In this document: piece after piece, positions 22,212 through 30,614 of the stretch
How positions within the stretch are numbered: the first letter of the stretch is position 1
How the letters are laid out: every line of letters begins with the position of its first letter
Source: Verrucomicrobiota bacterium
GTDB lineage: Bacteria; Verrucomicrobiota; Verrucomicrobiia; Chthoniobacterales; JAFAMB01
Reading direction: 5' to 3'
Length of the DNA: 44,092 nt
Assembly (NCBI GenBank): GCA_019246215.1
Contig: JAFAQT010000031.1
Location: 1 to 44,092 of the forward strand
Translations under genes and position numbers: made by a program
The notes under the pieces: generated by a model
The model's input: the letters and a program-made list of their open reading frames with translations, nothing else
The model's database searches: none
What the model was told of the DNA's origin: nothing

Positions 22212-22703
22212 ATGCGATGCCCAAAATGCGGAAACCTTGAAGACAAGGTTATCGATTCCCGGTCAGCAAAGGGTGGGGCTGCTATTCGTCGTCGTCGCGA
22301 GTGCCTTGCATGCCAGCATCGATTCACGACTTACGAAGAGATTGAGCGTCGCGACTTGCGCGTGACTAAGCGGGACGGACGCCATGAGCCGTTCGATCGG
22401 CAAAAGTTGCTGAGCGGAATGATCAAAGCCTGCGAGAAGCGCCCTGTCAGCTATGATGCCTTGGAGCGCGCAGTCGAAGAGATCATTCAGGAATTAGAGC
22501 AGGCGTATACCCACGAGGTGCCTACTAAGGCCATCGGCATCCGCGTAATGGAACGGCTTCACTCGCTGGACGAGGTTGCATATATCCGATATGCGTCCGT
22601 TTACAGACAATTTCAGGATATTGGAGAATTTATCAACGAGATTGAATCTCTTGGTCGCAAAACAAAACGCAACGCACTTCAACCCGATTTGTTTGTGCCA
22701 TGA
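22212..22703 (+). CDS. nrdR: Transcriptional repressor NrdR
   Basis: MRCPKC...KVIDSR...IRRRRECLAC..RFTTYE zinc ribbon, ATP cone, VAYIRYASVY. Confidence 0.97.
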   Translation: MRCPKCGNLEDKVIDSRSAKGGAAIRRRRECLACQHRFTTYEEIERRDLRVTKRDGRHEPFDRQKLLSGMIKACEKRPVSYDALERAVEEIIQELEQAYTHEVPTKAIGIRVMERLHSLDEVAYIRYASVYRQFQDIGEFINEIESLGRKTKRNALQPDLFVP

Positions 22704-23260
22704 TAGCTTTACGTGACTCCTTGCCGCTTCTTCGACAACGGGACAATGAGTACTGTTCCATCCGACAGGACTGGCTTTGTTTTTGTCTATTTCGCGCTGC
22801 GCAGAAGGCCGGCTACAGTCGTTGGTGGCTTGCAGAACACGTCTCAGCGAGTGTGTTGTGTTATCTATCCAAAACGAACGAAAGCAATGTTGTTACGTCA
22901 AAACAACTGCGCGAGATGGTTGTGTCCGCTCTGCAGGCGATTGGCTACGCGGAGATCGCGCTGCGTTTGGACGTCATTGGTCCGCCATTCGAGCTTTCTT
23001 TGGTGGAGTTGGCAAAAGAGGCCGGTCCTGGATACGAGCTGGAATTTTTTCGGCTATTGAAAGAACGGATTCAACCGGCGCTCTGTGATGGCGCTTTGAG
23101 CCTCGAAATCTCTGGACTGCAGTCGTGCGTGCGGCACTTGAGATCGGCAAAGACCTGGAGTCGTGAGTGTTCAATGCTGAGGAACGAAATCGTGAATTTC
23201 CTTCGAGCACATCTGGAACGAACCAAAGTGAAAACTGACATCCACCTGACGATCAGATGA
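22700..23260 (+). CDS. Hypothetical protein with an ATP-cone-like N-terminal half
   Basis: ATGA overlaps with nrdR and the HIT gene. The pattern L..AA..AG....LAE.V...V.......V....L...V..AL...GYAEIA resembles ATP-cone helices. Confidence 0.7.
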   Translation: MIALRDSLPLLRQRDNEYCSIRQDWLCFCLFRAAQKAGYSRWWLAEHVSASVLCYLSKTNESNVVTSKQLREMVVSALQAIGYAEIALRLDVIGPPFELSLVELAKEAGPGYELEFFRLLKERIQPALCDGALSLEISGLQSCVRHLRSAKTWSRECSMLRNEIVNFLRAHLERTKVKTDIHLTIR

Positions 23261-23595
23261 CATTGTTTCAAAAAATTGTTGCGCGCGAGATTCCCGCAAA
23301 AATTATTTCGGAGGACGACGAATCGATCGTCTTCCACGATATTAATCCACAGGCGCCGATTCACGTTTTACTGGTGCCAAAAAAGCCGATACCGCGCCTC
23401 GCCGAAGCGACGGAAGAGGACAGGATTCTTTTAGGCAAATTGCTGCTCAAAGCTCAGGTGACGGCCCATGCGCTTGGAATTTCGCAGACAGGATTTCGAA
23501 TCGTGATCAATAGTGGACGCCACGGCGGAGAGACGATTCCCCATTTGCATCTACACCTGCTTGGCGGACGTCCGCTCGGCTGGCCGCCCGGCTAG
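23257..23595 (+). CDS. hinT: Histidine triad (HIT) nucleotide-binding protein
   Basis: TLFQKIVAREIPA, FHDINPQAPIHVLLVPK, HLHLHLLGGR. Confidence 0.93.
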   Translation: MTLFQKIVAREIPAKIISEDDESIVFHDINPQAPIHVLLVPKKPIPRLAEATEEDRILLGKLLLKAQVTAHALGISQTGFRIVINSGRHGGETIPHLHLHLLGGRPLGWPPG

Positions 23596-23676
23596 CTAGC
23601 CCGGGATATCAAGCCAAAGTGCCAAAGCACTGGTCGTAGTTTGCACTGTAATGCCGCTCGAAAGAAAGAGGAGTCG

Positions 23677-23730
23677 AAAAGAAAGGAAACAGGGTGTCTA
23701 CTCACTTCGAGAGTTTCCGAGCGATACACC
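23677..23730 (-). terminator. Possible terminator downstream of the 6S RNA
   Basis: Minus-strand imperfect hairpin GGTGT..GCTC/GAGT..ACACC followed by the pyrimidine-rich TGTTTCCTTTCTTTT. Confidence 0.3.
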
Positions 23731-23735
23731 TTCAG

Positions 23736-23925
23736 AGTTTGCCCCACAAATGTCGTTCAGGCGAAGCTCCCATTCCCCTTTGAAATAAGGGCGGATAACC
23801 GCTGACGTGAACTTTGACTTCCAATCAAGGCCTGTCATTGTCACACGCGCAGCCTGGCCTCCTGGGATCTGAATTAGTCGGGTCTGGGGCATTGGCCTTA
23901 AATCCCGAGCACCGCAGGGCAAATT
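23736..23925 (-). ncRNA. ssrS: 6S RNA
   Basis: About 190 nt immediately downstream of pheT. 5' TTTGCCCTGCGGTG pairs with 3' CATTTGTGGGGCAAA. Internal CCCCAGACCCGACTAATTCAGA and CCGCCCTT..GGGGAATGGG segments resemble the 6S central-bubble flanks. Confidence 0.8.
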
Positions 23926-23951
23926 CTCAAATCTTCCCACTCTCTAAAGAA

Positions 23952-26303
23952 CTACTCACGTAACGCCACTCCCAGGCGCTCGACGAGCTGCGATTTCAAG
24001 CGGCTGTGCGCCGCATTCGCTTCTTCTTGTGTCAACGTTCGATCGGTTGCTCGATAAGTCAAACTGCAAGCGATTGATTTCTTGTTCATCGGCACTTTTT
24101 CACCGCTCGGATCCACGAAGAGATCGAATAACTGAACATCGACCAGAAGCGGTTCGTTCGCGGAACCAAACGCATCCAGGACCGACTGGTACTTCAGCTC
24201 TTTGTCCGCTAGAAAAGCCACGTCTCGGGCCACCGCCGGGAAACGATCCAACGCTCTATAACGGAATCGTTTCAAATTTGCACTAGGCGCTATAGTGACT
24301 TCGGTGACCAGCACAGGGTTGCGCGCTCCAATTTCTTTTGCCAGACTCGGGCGAAGTTGCCCAATTTTACCGATTGAGTTTCCCTCCCCATCGATCATCC
24401 CGCAGAGGAGCGGAGCGAAACTGGTCGGCTGTTCTCGGAAGAATATTAAATCCCTGGAAAGGGCTGCCTTCAGAATACCTTTGAGATCGAATAGGTCGAA
24501 GGTGGTGGCTCCCTGATTCCAACTTTTGCTTTGTCGTTCTCCGCAAACAAGAACCGCAAGAGAAACTGATTCTTCCTGTGTCGCGACCTTGAAAACGCGG
24601 CCGATTTCAAAGATCGCCACGCTGCTCGAGCCACGATTGAGATTTCGCTCGGCCGCTCGAACGAGCCCCGGCACCAACGATGGTCTCAGAACCTTCTGAT
24701 CTTCGGTCAATGGATTTCGCAATCTGAGAGCGTTTGATGTTGGCTCCATCGTGTACTCCAAGTCCCGTTCGTCCATGAGCGCCAGGCTTCGGGCTTCAAA
24801 CAGACCCAGACCTACAAGTCTTTGGCGCAGCTGCATTAAATCATCATAAGCGCGATCGGAAGGTGAGCTTTCGGTGGCAGAACCAAAAAGACGCGAAGGG
24901 ATTTTCTGGATGCCGGCCATCCGACAAACTTCTTCGATCAGGTCTGCCTCTCGAGCGAGGTCCTGGCGATAGCTTGGGACCCTCCAGCGATTTTCACCTG
25001 CATGTTTGAGCCCGAGCCGAGCCAGGAGTTGGGCCGAGTCAGGAACCTTCACACCTAAGAGCTTATTGCAACGTTCCGGGCGCATTTCCACGACTCGATT
25101 CCAGGGCAGTATGGATCCGCCGATCACTACGCTTTCGTCGGCCTTACCTCCACCGACTTCCAAGACAAGATCCATCGCCCTGCAAGAAGCGGGCATTACC
25201 GCTCCCGGATCGACCCCCCGTTCAAAGCGAAAACTGGATTCCGAAATCAACCCTAGACGTCGACTGGTCCGACGAATGAATCCGGGGTTGAAATAAGCAG
25301 CCTCGAGGAGGATATCGATAGTGGTCGTCGCCACACCGCTCTGCTGGCCGCCCATTACGCCGGCGATCGCCAACGCCCGCTCATGATCCGCGATGACGAG
25401 ATCGTCAGGATGCAGCTCATATTCCTTCTCATCCAGCGCTAGCAATCGCTCCCCGGGATTAGCCATTCGAACAATGATACCCCCTCTGATATTCGCGAGA
25501 TCGAATGCGTGAAGCGGTTGGCCAAGTTCCAGCAGCACGAAATTCGTAACATCGATGACATTGTTAATTGAACGCAACCCCGCCGCTTCTAACTTCTGCC
25601 GGAGCCAGCCAGGACTTGGTCCCACTCGGATCCCCCTGATCACACGTGCGATGTAAAAGGGACATCCTTCTGGAGCTTCGAGCTTAACAACGCCGGGATC
25701 TTCACGAACTCTCTCGGAAATGGCGCTTATCTCGGGCACTTTTGCTGGCGGAAGATTAAGCAAAGCAGATAGATCTCGGGCGATTCCGTAGTGGCTCAAT
25801 AAGTCAGGTCGATTTGGCGTCACCTCGATTTCGAGCAATGTGTCCGGTGGATAAATATCAGACAATGGAGCTCCGAGGGGCGCCTCACGGGGCAAAATCA
25901 GGAGACCGGCGGCATCCTCCGCAACCTTCAGTTCCCGCGAACTGCAAAGCATGCCTTCGGATTCAACGCCGCGTAATTTGCCTGCTTGGATTTTTACGCC
26001 GTCCGGCAAAAGAGCTCCGGGCAAGGCCAACGGCACCTTGTCTCCTGCGCGGAAGTTTTTCGCTCCACAGACCACCTGTCGCGGCAGACCAGAGCCGTCG
26101 TTGACGCGGCAAACACTCAAACGATCCGCGTTGGGATGTGGCTCGAACGACTCGATCTGCGCCACGATAACTTTCTCGAAAAGCGCACTAGGTTGCTGGA
26201 CACCTTCGACTTCGATCCCAGCAAATGTCAATGCTTCGACAATCTCGGGGACCGAGCGCGTAAGGGGCAACATTTCTTTGAGCCAATTGAGAGACACTTT
26301 CAT
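23952..26303 (-). CDS. pheT: Phenylalanine--tRNA ligase beta subunit
   Basis: MKVSLNWL, HPNADRL, VVCGAKN, TPNRPDLLS, RFERGVD, DLIEEV, FDX-ACB tail. Confidence 0.97.
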   Translation of the reverse strand: MKVSLNWLKEMLPLTRSVPEIVEALTFAGIEVEGVQQPSALFEKVIVAQIESFEPHPNADRLSVCRVNDGSGLPRQVVCGAKNFRAGDKVPLALPGALLPDGVKIQAGKLRGVESEGMLCSSRELKVAEDAAGLLILPREAPLGAPLSDIYPPDTLLEIEVTPNRPDLLSHYGIARDLSALLNLPPAKVPEISAISERVREDPGVVKLEAPEGCPFYIARVIRGIRVGPSPGWLRQKLEAAGLRSINNVIDVTNFVLLELGQPLHAFDLANIRGGIIVRMANPGERLLALDEKEYELHPDDLVIADHERALAIAGVMGGQQSGVATTTIDILLEAAYFNPGFIRRTSRRLGLISESSFRFERGVDPGAVMPASCRAMDLVLEVGGGKADESVVIGGSILPWNRVVEMRPERCNKLLGVKVPDSAQLLARLGLKHAGENRWRVPSYRQDLAREADLIEEVCRMAGIQKIPSRLFGSATESSPSDRAYDDLMQLRQRLVGLGLFEARSLALMDERDLEYTMEPTSNALRLRNPLTEDQKVLRPSLVPGLVRAAERNLNRGSSSVAIFEIGRVFKVATQEESVSLAVLVCGERQSKSWNQGATTFDLFDLKGILKAALSRDLIFFREQPTSFAPLLCGMIDGEGNSIGKIGQLRPSLAKEIGARNPVLVTEVTIAPSANLKRFRYRALDRFPAVARDVAFLADKELKYQSVLDAFGSANEPLLVDVQLFDLFVDPSGEKVPMNKKSIACSLTYRATDRTLTQEEANAAHSRLKSQLVERLGVALRE

Positions 26304-27316
26304 CTGGCAAACTGGGCTAAAAATCGTTGATCATTCTCGATCAGCAGCCTGATGTCAGGCAAACCAAACAAGGACATGGCCAAACGTTCGAGCCCCATGC
26401 CAAAGGCGAACCCAGTCCAGTCTTCGGGATCATAAGCGCTGTCTCCGCGCTTCGCGTTGATTTCCTCAAACACGGCGGGGTGGACCATTCCGCACCCCAA
26501 CAGCTCCATCCATTTTCCGCCTTGAATGGCCTGCAAACGGATGTCGAGTTCAAAACTTGGTTCGGTGAACGGGAAAAAGTGGGGCCGCAGGCGGGTCTGT
26601 ACCTCGTGACCAAGCAGCTCGCGCACAAAGTATTCCAAAGTTCCTTTCAGGTCGGCGACACTGACGTCGCGGTCGACATAAAGTCCCTCCAGCTGATTGA
26701 ACTGATTGAGGTGGGTGGCATCGATTTCATCACGGCGGTAAGCTGCTCCGGGGCCAATCACACGCACGGGAGGTTTCTGCGCCCCCATCGTTCGGATCTG
26801 AACGCTTGAAGTGTGCGACCGCAACAATCTTCCATCAGGAAGGTAAAAGGTATCCGAATCATTGCGCGCGGGGTGATTCGCCGGCGTGTTCAGCGCGTCG
26901 AAACAGTGCCATTCCGTTTCAATATCAGGGCCATCCGCGAGTGCAAACCCCAATCGACGGAAAGTTCGTACGGCCTGATCCTGAAGAAGCGTCAACGGAT
27001 GCAGACCGCCGACCCGAAATCGGGTGCCCGGAAGCGTTTCGTCAATATCGCTCAGAATTTGCGCCGTGCCTTCCGCCTCGATGGTATCGAGGCGGCTCTC
27101 GAGGGCCGCAGTGACAGCGTTCCGAATTTCATTTAGCAGCTTGCCCGTATGAGGCCGATCCTCTTTCGGCAGCTTGCGCATGTTTTCGCTCAATCGTGAA
27201 ATCGCGCCAGCTTTCCCCAGAAACTTCACCCGAAGATTCTCGAGCGCCATTTTGCTCTCAGCCTGCTGGATTTCATCCAGCGCCGTGCGCTGCAATTTGT
27301 AAAGATCGTTGTCCAT
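26300..27316 (-). CDS. pheS: Phenylalanine--tRNA ligase alpha subunit
   Basis: HPAR..DTFY, LLRSHTS, FPFTEPS, GCGMVHP, GFAFGMGLERL. Confidence 0.97.
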   Translation of the reverse strand: MDNDLYKLQRTALDEIQQAESKMALENLRVKFLGKAGAISRLSENMRKLPKEDRPHTGKLLNEIRNAVTAALESRLDTIEAEGTAQILSDIDETLPGTRFRVGGLHPLTLLQDQAVRTFRRLGFALADGPDIETEWHCFDALNTPANHPARNDSDTFYLPDGRLLRSHTSSVQIRTMGAQKPPVRVIGPGAAYRRDEIDATHLNQFNQLEGLYVDRDVSVADLKGTLEYFVRELLGHEVQTRLRPHFFPFTEPSFELDIRLQAIQGGKWMELLGCGMVHPAVFEEINAKRGDSAYDPEDWTGFAFGMGLERLAMSLFGLPDIRLLIENDQRFLAQFAR

Positions 27317-27382
27317 CAGTAGCAAGTGGAGCCTCCTCGGCTTGCCTACTTACCTGAGCAAATTAAGAGCGTTGGCTTACAA

Positions 27383-27754
27383 TCAGGCGGCGCTTTTCCG
27401 ATCTAACGCCACGGCAGCTTTGTCCAAAAGAGCCTTGAATGTCGCCTCGTCGGTGACAGCCAAGTCAGCCAGGACCTTGCGATCAACTTCTATTTTGGCG
27501 GCGGCCAGCCCTTCGATAAAACGGCTGTAGGTCGTGCCAAATTGCCGGCAGGCAGCGTTGATTCGCAGGATCCAGAGGTTTCGAAAATTGCGTTTTCGGG
27601 TCTTACGGTCACGATAAGCCCAATATTTCGCTTTCATGGTAGCGTCTTTGGCATACCGAAAAAGTTTGGAGCGACGCCCTCGGTATCCTTTGGCGCTGTC
27701 GAGAACTCTTTTGCGGCGTTCTCTACTCGCTGGCGCATTCGTTGCTCTAGGCAT
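27383..27754 (-). CDS. rplT: 50S ribosomal protein L20
   Basis: AKGYRGRRSKL, AYRDRKTRKRNFRNLWILRINAA, DRKVLADLA. Confidence 0.97.
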   Translation of the reverse strand: MPRATNAPASRERRKRVLDSAKGYRGRRSKLFRYAKDATMKAKYWAYRDRKTRKRNFRNLWILRINAACRQFGTTYSRFIEGLAAAKIEVDRKVLADLAVTDEATFKALLDKAAVALDRKSAA

Positions 27755-27870
27755 ATTTATGGTCGGCAATCGCCGAATCCTTACGCACAGGTTGTTTCAC
27801 AATTCGTCCTCCGACCTCACCTGTTGCATCAGTCCGAAGGTTTCGCGCAGGTGGAGAAAGTTGGCCGCTT

Positions 27871-28080
27871 TTAGTGGAACGGCAGGTTTTCTTTTATCCG
27901 CGCTACATCAGTTGAATCCAGCACCTCGGGCTTCGCAAGATGGCGTTTGCGCTTTGCGCTCTTGGACACCAGCAAGTGTCGACGGCCAGCGTGGCCGCGC
28001 AACACTCTGCCGGTTGCCGTTATTTTGAAGCGCTTTGCCACTGCTTTTTTTGTTTTCCGTCTCGCTATCGGTTTTGGCAT
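27871..28080 (-). CDS. rpmI: 50S ribosomal protein L35
   Basis: MPK..KTKKAVAKRFKITATG...RHLL..KSAKRKR. Confidence 0.95.
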   Translation of the reverse strand: MPKPIARRKTKKAVAKRFKITATGRVLRGHAGRRHLLVSKSAKRKRHLAKPEVLDSTDVARIKENLPFH

Positions 28081-28211
28081 AGAGAGCGTGGAATCTATAC
28101 TCTTGGAACCAGTTCGCAATAAGAAAACGACGGGCAGAGAAAGCCGCCAGGCGGCGCATCTTCCCGCTTCGCGCGGCGGCTTGGAAGCAAAACGGGGAAG
28201 CTTTCCCCTAC

Positions 28212-28838
28212 TCAAGGCTGAAATTCAAACCTGCACCGGTATAACCCAGACGCCATCTCTTCCTCGCGTTCAACGCGCACACCGAGAATTCGCTCCATCA
28301 TTTCCCGTTCGAGACGTCTGACCAGAGGGAACGCTTCGAGCAGATCAAAAATGGGTGAGTGATACTCCACGATAGCGATCGGATCACCACTCGAAAGCTC
28401 GGACATATAACCCTCCTGCTCGCGGATTTTCACCAGCCTTTCAGCAAGCTCGAGTACCGTTTTCCCGTGCAGCTTTCTCATGTAATCCTCCGTTTTCAAG
28501 GAGAAGACAGAATACAACAATTTCTCCCCGGCCGCGTGACCGTAGAGCCGATTGGCAGCGTGCAGGACTTCAATCGTCATCGCGTTGGTCGCACTCGGGA
28601 AAAAAATGTGCGCTTTCGGAGTCAGCCGATAGACCATCTCTGGGCGTCCCACCGGTTTCGGACGACGCCAGGTATCAACATAGCCGTGCCGCTCAAGCTC
28701 GTCGCAATGCTGTTTCACACCCATGTAACTGAGCTTCAGCCGTTCCCCGAGTTCCTTGACACAAAGTCCCTGGGTCTTTTTCAACGTGTCAATAATTCGC
28801 ATTCTCTGCGAACGGCCTACTTCACTTATCCGTTTCAT
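28212..28838 (-). CDS. Winged-HTH transcriptional regulator (SufR/COG2345-like)
   Basis: HTH ELGERLKLSYMGVKQH..LE..G.V followed by GRP...YRLT..A...FP. Start uncertain. Confidence 0.8.
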   Translation of the reverse strand: MKRISEVGRSQRMRIIDTLKKTQGLCVKELGERLKLSYMGVKQHCDELERHGYVDTWRRPKPVGRPEMVYRLTPKAHIFFPSATNAMTIEVLHAANRLYGHAAGEKLLYSVFSLKTEDYMRKLHGKTVLELAERLVKIREQEGYMSELSSGDPIAIVEYHSPIFDLLEAFPLVRRLEREMMERILGVRVEREEEMASGLYRCRFEFQP

Positions 28839-29018
28839 CGAATTTCTGCACTGCGACGGCGATCGCCCGTAACAATCCGTTCGGGGACAACGGTTGCCCA
28901 CATGAGCAAATCCCGTCCGGTGAACCGAACCAGAAAGCCTTCCGTTCCGCCGGGAATGGGCAGGTCCCGACTTTTTTGGACCAGCCGCATTCTCAGAGCA
29001 GAATCAGGGACGCGCAGA

Positions 29019-30452
29019 TCATTTACCGATCTTTACAATGGAATAGGTTTTTACACCCTTGCGATCCAGCAAAAGCAAAAGGTTCGGCTTACCTTTCTGG
29101 TCAGCCAATGCTTTTTGGAACGATTCCGTATCGGTTACCTGGTTTCGCCCAACTTCAGTGATCACGTCCCCTGTCTGAATATCGGCCACCGCCGCAGGAC
29201 TGTTCGGGATAACCTCGGTCACCACAACCCCGGAATCCGACTTTAGTCCTAACTCTTGTCTCAGCCCGGGAGTTACGTCCTGGACCTGAACGCCGAAGCT
29301 GGACGCCACATTTTCGCGTTGCGAGGGGGGTGGCTGATTACTCGCCAATTTGTTGGTGTCGCTCGGCAACTCTTCGGTAACAACGTTCACAGTGGTTTTC
29401 TTGCCATTCCGCCAGACGCCGAGAGTAACTTGTGCACCTATTTTTTTCTTCAAGACCTCGTTTTGGAGTTCCCTTGCACTGGAGACTTGGACGCCATCCA
29501 CATCCGTGATGACATCTGCCGGACGCAAATCGCTCTTTGCCGCAGGGGCATCGGCTTGAATCGTTCGCACAACCACTCCACTGTCCACTCCTTTGAAAAC
29601 CTCTGCGCGGTTCTGATCATTGAGACTTTCGATGATAATCCCAAGCCATGGCCGAACAATTTTGCCCGAAGCGATAAGTTGATCGCTGACCCGCTTGGCA
29701 AGATTGCTGGAGATCGCAAAACCTAGCCCGCGGTTCAGGCCATGGATCAGCGTATTCATGCCAACAACGTTGCCATCAATATCACACAGCGGACCGCCGC
29801 TGTTTCCGGGATTGATTGCGGCATCCGTCTGGATGTAGTCCTCATATTTATCCGGTAAGAGTTCGTTGCGTCCTTTGGCACTGACCACGCCTGTCGTAAA
29901 TGTGTAAGCAAATTTGTACGGCGTTCCGATCGCACACACTATCTGACCTACTTTCAGCTCGTCGCTGTTAGAGAAAGCGACGGTGGGGAGATTGGCGGCA
30001 TCGATCTTTAAGACCGCCACATCGGTACGCTCATCAGAGCCAATGACCTTGGCTGCGAGCGTTCGCCCGTCCTTCAGTTTAACGTTTATCTTATCTTCGC
30101 CCTCAATAACATGGTTATTCGTGACGATGTACCCGTCCTCACGCACAATAAAGCCGGAACCTTCGCTCTGATCGGGCTGCTCACTTTCATCGCGTGGACC
30201 TCTAAAAAAGAAATCAAAACCATCCATCGGATTAGTGGAATTCCCCGCTCGCCCACTTTTCTCGACATCAACCACCACCACTGCCGGAGCAACTTTTTCG
30301 TACACGGCCGTATAAGCATTGTTCAGCTGGTGCGCGATATCTTTCGCCGAGTCCGAGGCCGACGTCTCGGCATAAAGTGGCTGGGGCGCCGGTTGGCTTA
30401 ACAGAAGTAGCCCCCCAAAGGCGAGGGCCGAGACACGATCAATTAGGCTCAT
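29019..30452 (-). CDS. degP: DegP/HtrA (Do) serine protease with two PDZ domains
   Basis: Signal peptide, GSGFI..TNNHVI, DVAVLK, QTDAAINPGNSGGPL, two PDZ domains. Confidence 0.93.
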   Translation of the reverse strand: MSLIDRVSALAFGGLLLLSQPAPQPLYAETSASDSAKDIAHQLNNAYTAVYEKVAPAVVVVDVEKSGRAGNSTNPMDGFDFFFRGPRDESEQPDQSEGSGFIVREDGYIVTNNHVIEGEDKINVKLKDGRTLAAKVIGSDERTDVAVLKIDAANLPTVAFSNSDELKVGQIVCAIGTPYKFAYTFTTGVVSAKGRNELLPDKYEDYIQTDAAINPGNSGGPLCDIDGNVVGMNTLIHGLNRGLGFAISSNLAKRVSDQLIASGKIVRPWLGIIIESLNDQNRAEVFKGVDSGVVVRTIQADAPAAKSDLRPADVITDVDGVQVSSARELQNEVLKKKIGAQVTLGVWRNGKKTTVNVVTEELPSDTNKLASNQPPPSQRENVASSFGVQVQDVTPGLRQELGLKSDSGVVVTEVIPNSPAAVADIQTGDVITEVGRNQVTDTESFQKALADQKGKPNLLLLLDRKGVKTYSIVKIGK

Positions 30453-30565
30453 AATGCAAGTACGCTGCGACAGGGGGGAGGTTAACCGCCTGTTCAATCT
30501 TCGGATTCTCCGCTACGGGTGGCATGAACGCAACCATGGTTCTAAGAGGTAAGGGGTCCACCTGA

Positions 30566-30593
30566 TTGACAATCGGAAGTGAGCCCTTACTCT
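30566..30593 (+). promoter_or_regulatory. Putative sigma70 promoter for kamA
   Basis: TTGACA (30566-71), 16 nt spacer, TACTCT (30588-93), 21 nt before the ATG. Confidence 0.5.
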
Positions 30594-30614
30594 TTAACCA
30601 ACTAGTCAATCAAA

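Noticed and set aside
23698-23940. 80-aa minus-strand ORF after pheT
   Set aside because: It coincides with the 6S RNA-like structure and has no protein motifs.
27815-27855. Hammerhead ribozyme (GAAA ... CTGATG on the minus strand)
   Set aside because: The core reads CUGAUGC rather than CUGANGA, and there is no room for stem I or a cleavage triplet.
28359-29246. 295-aa plus-strand ORF
   Set aside because: It is antisense to the HTH regulator and the degP 3' end, with no recognisable motifs. The same reasoning applies to the many other short overlapping ORFs in the track.
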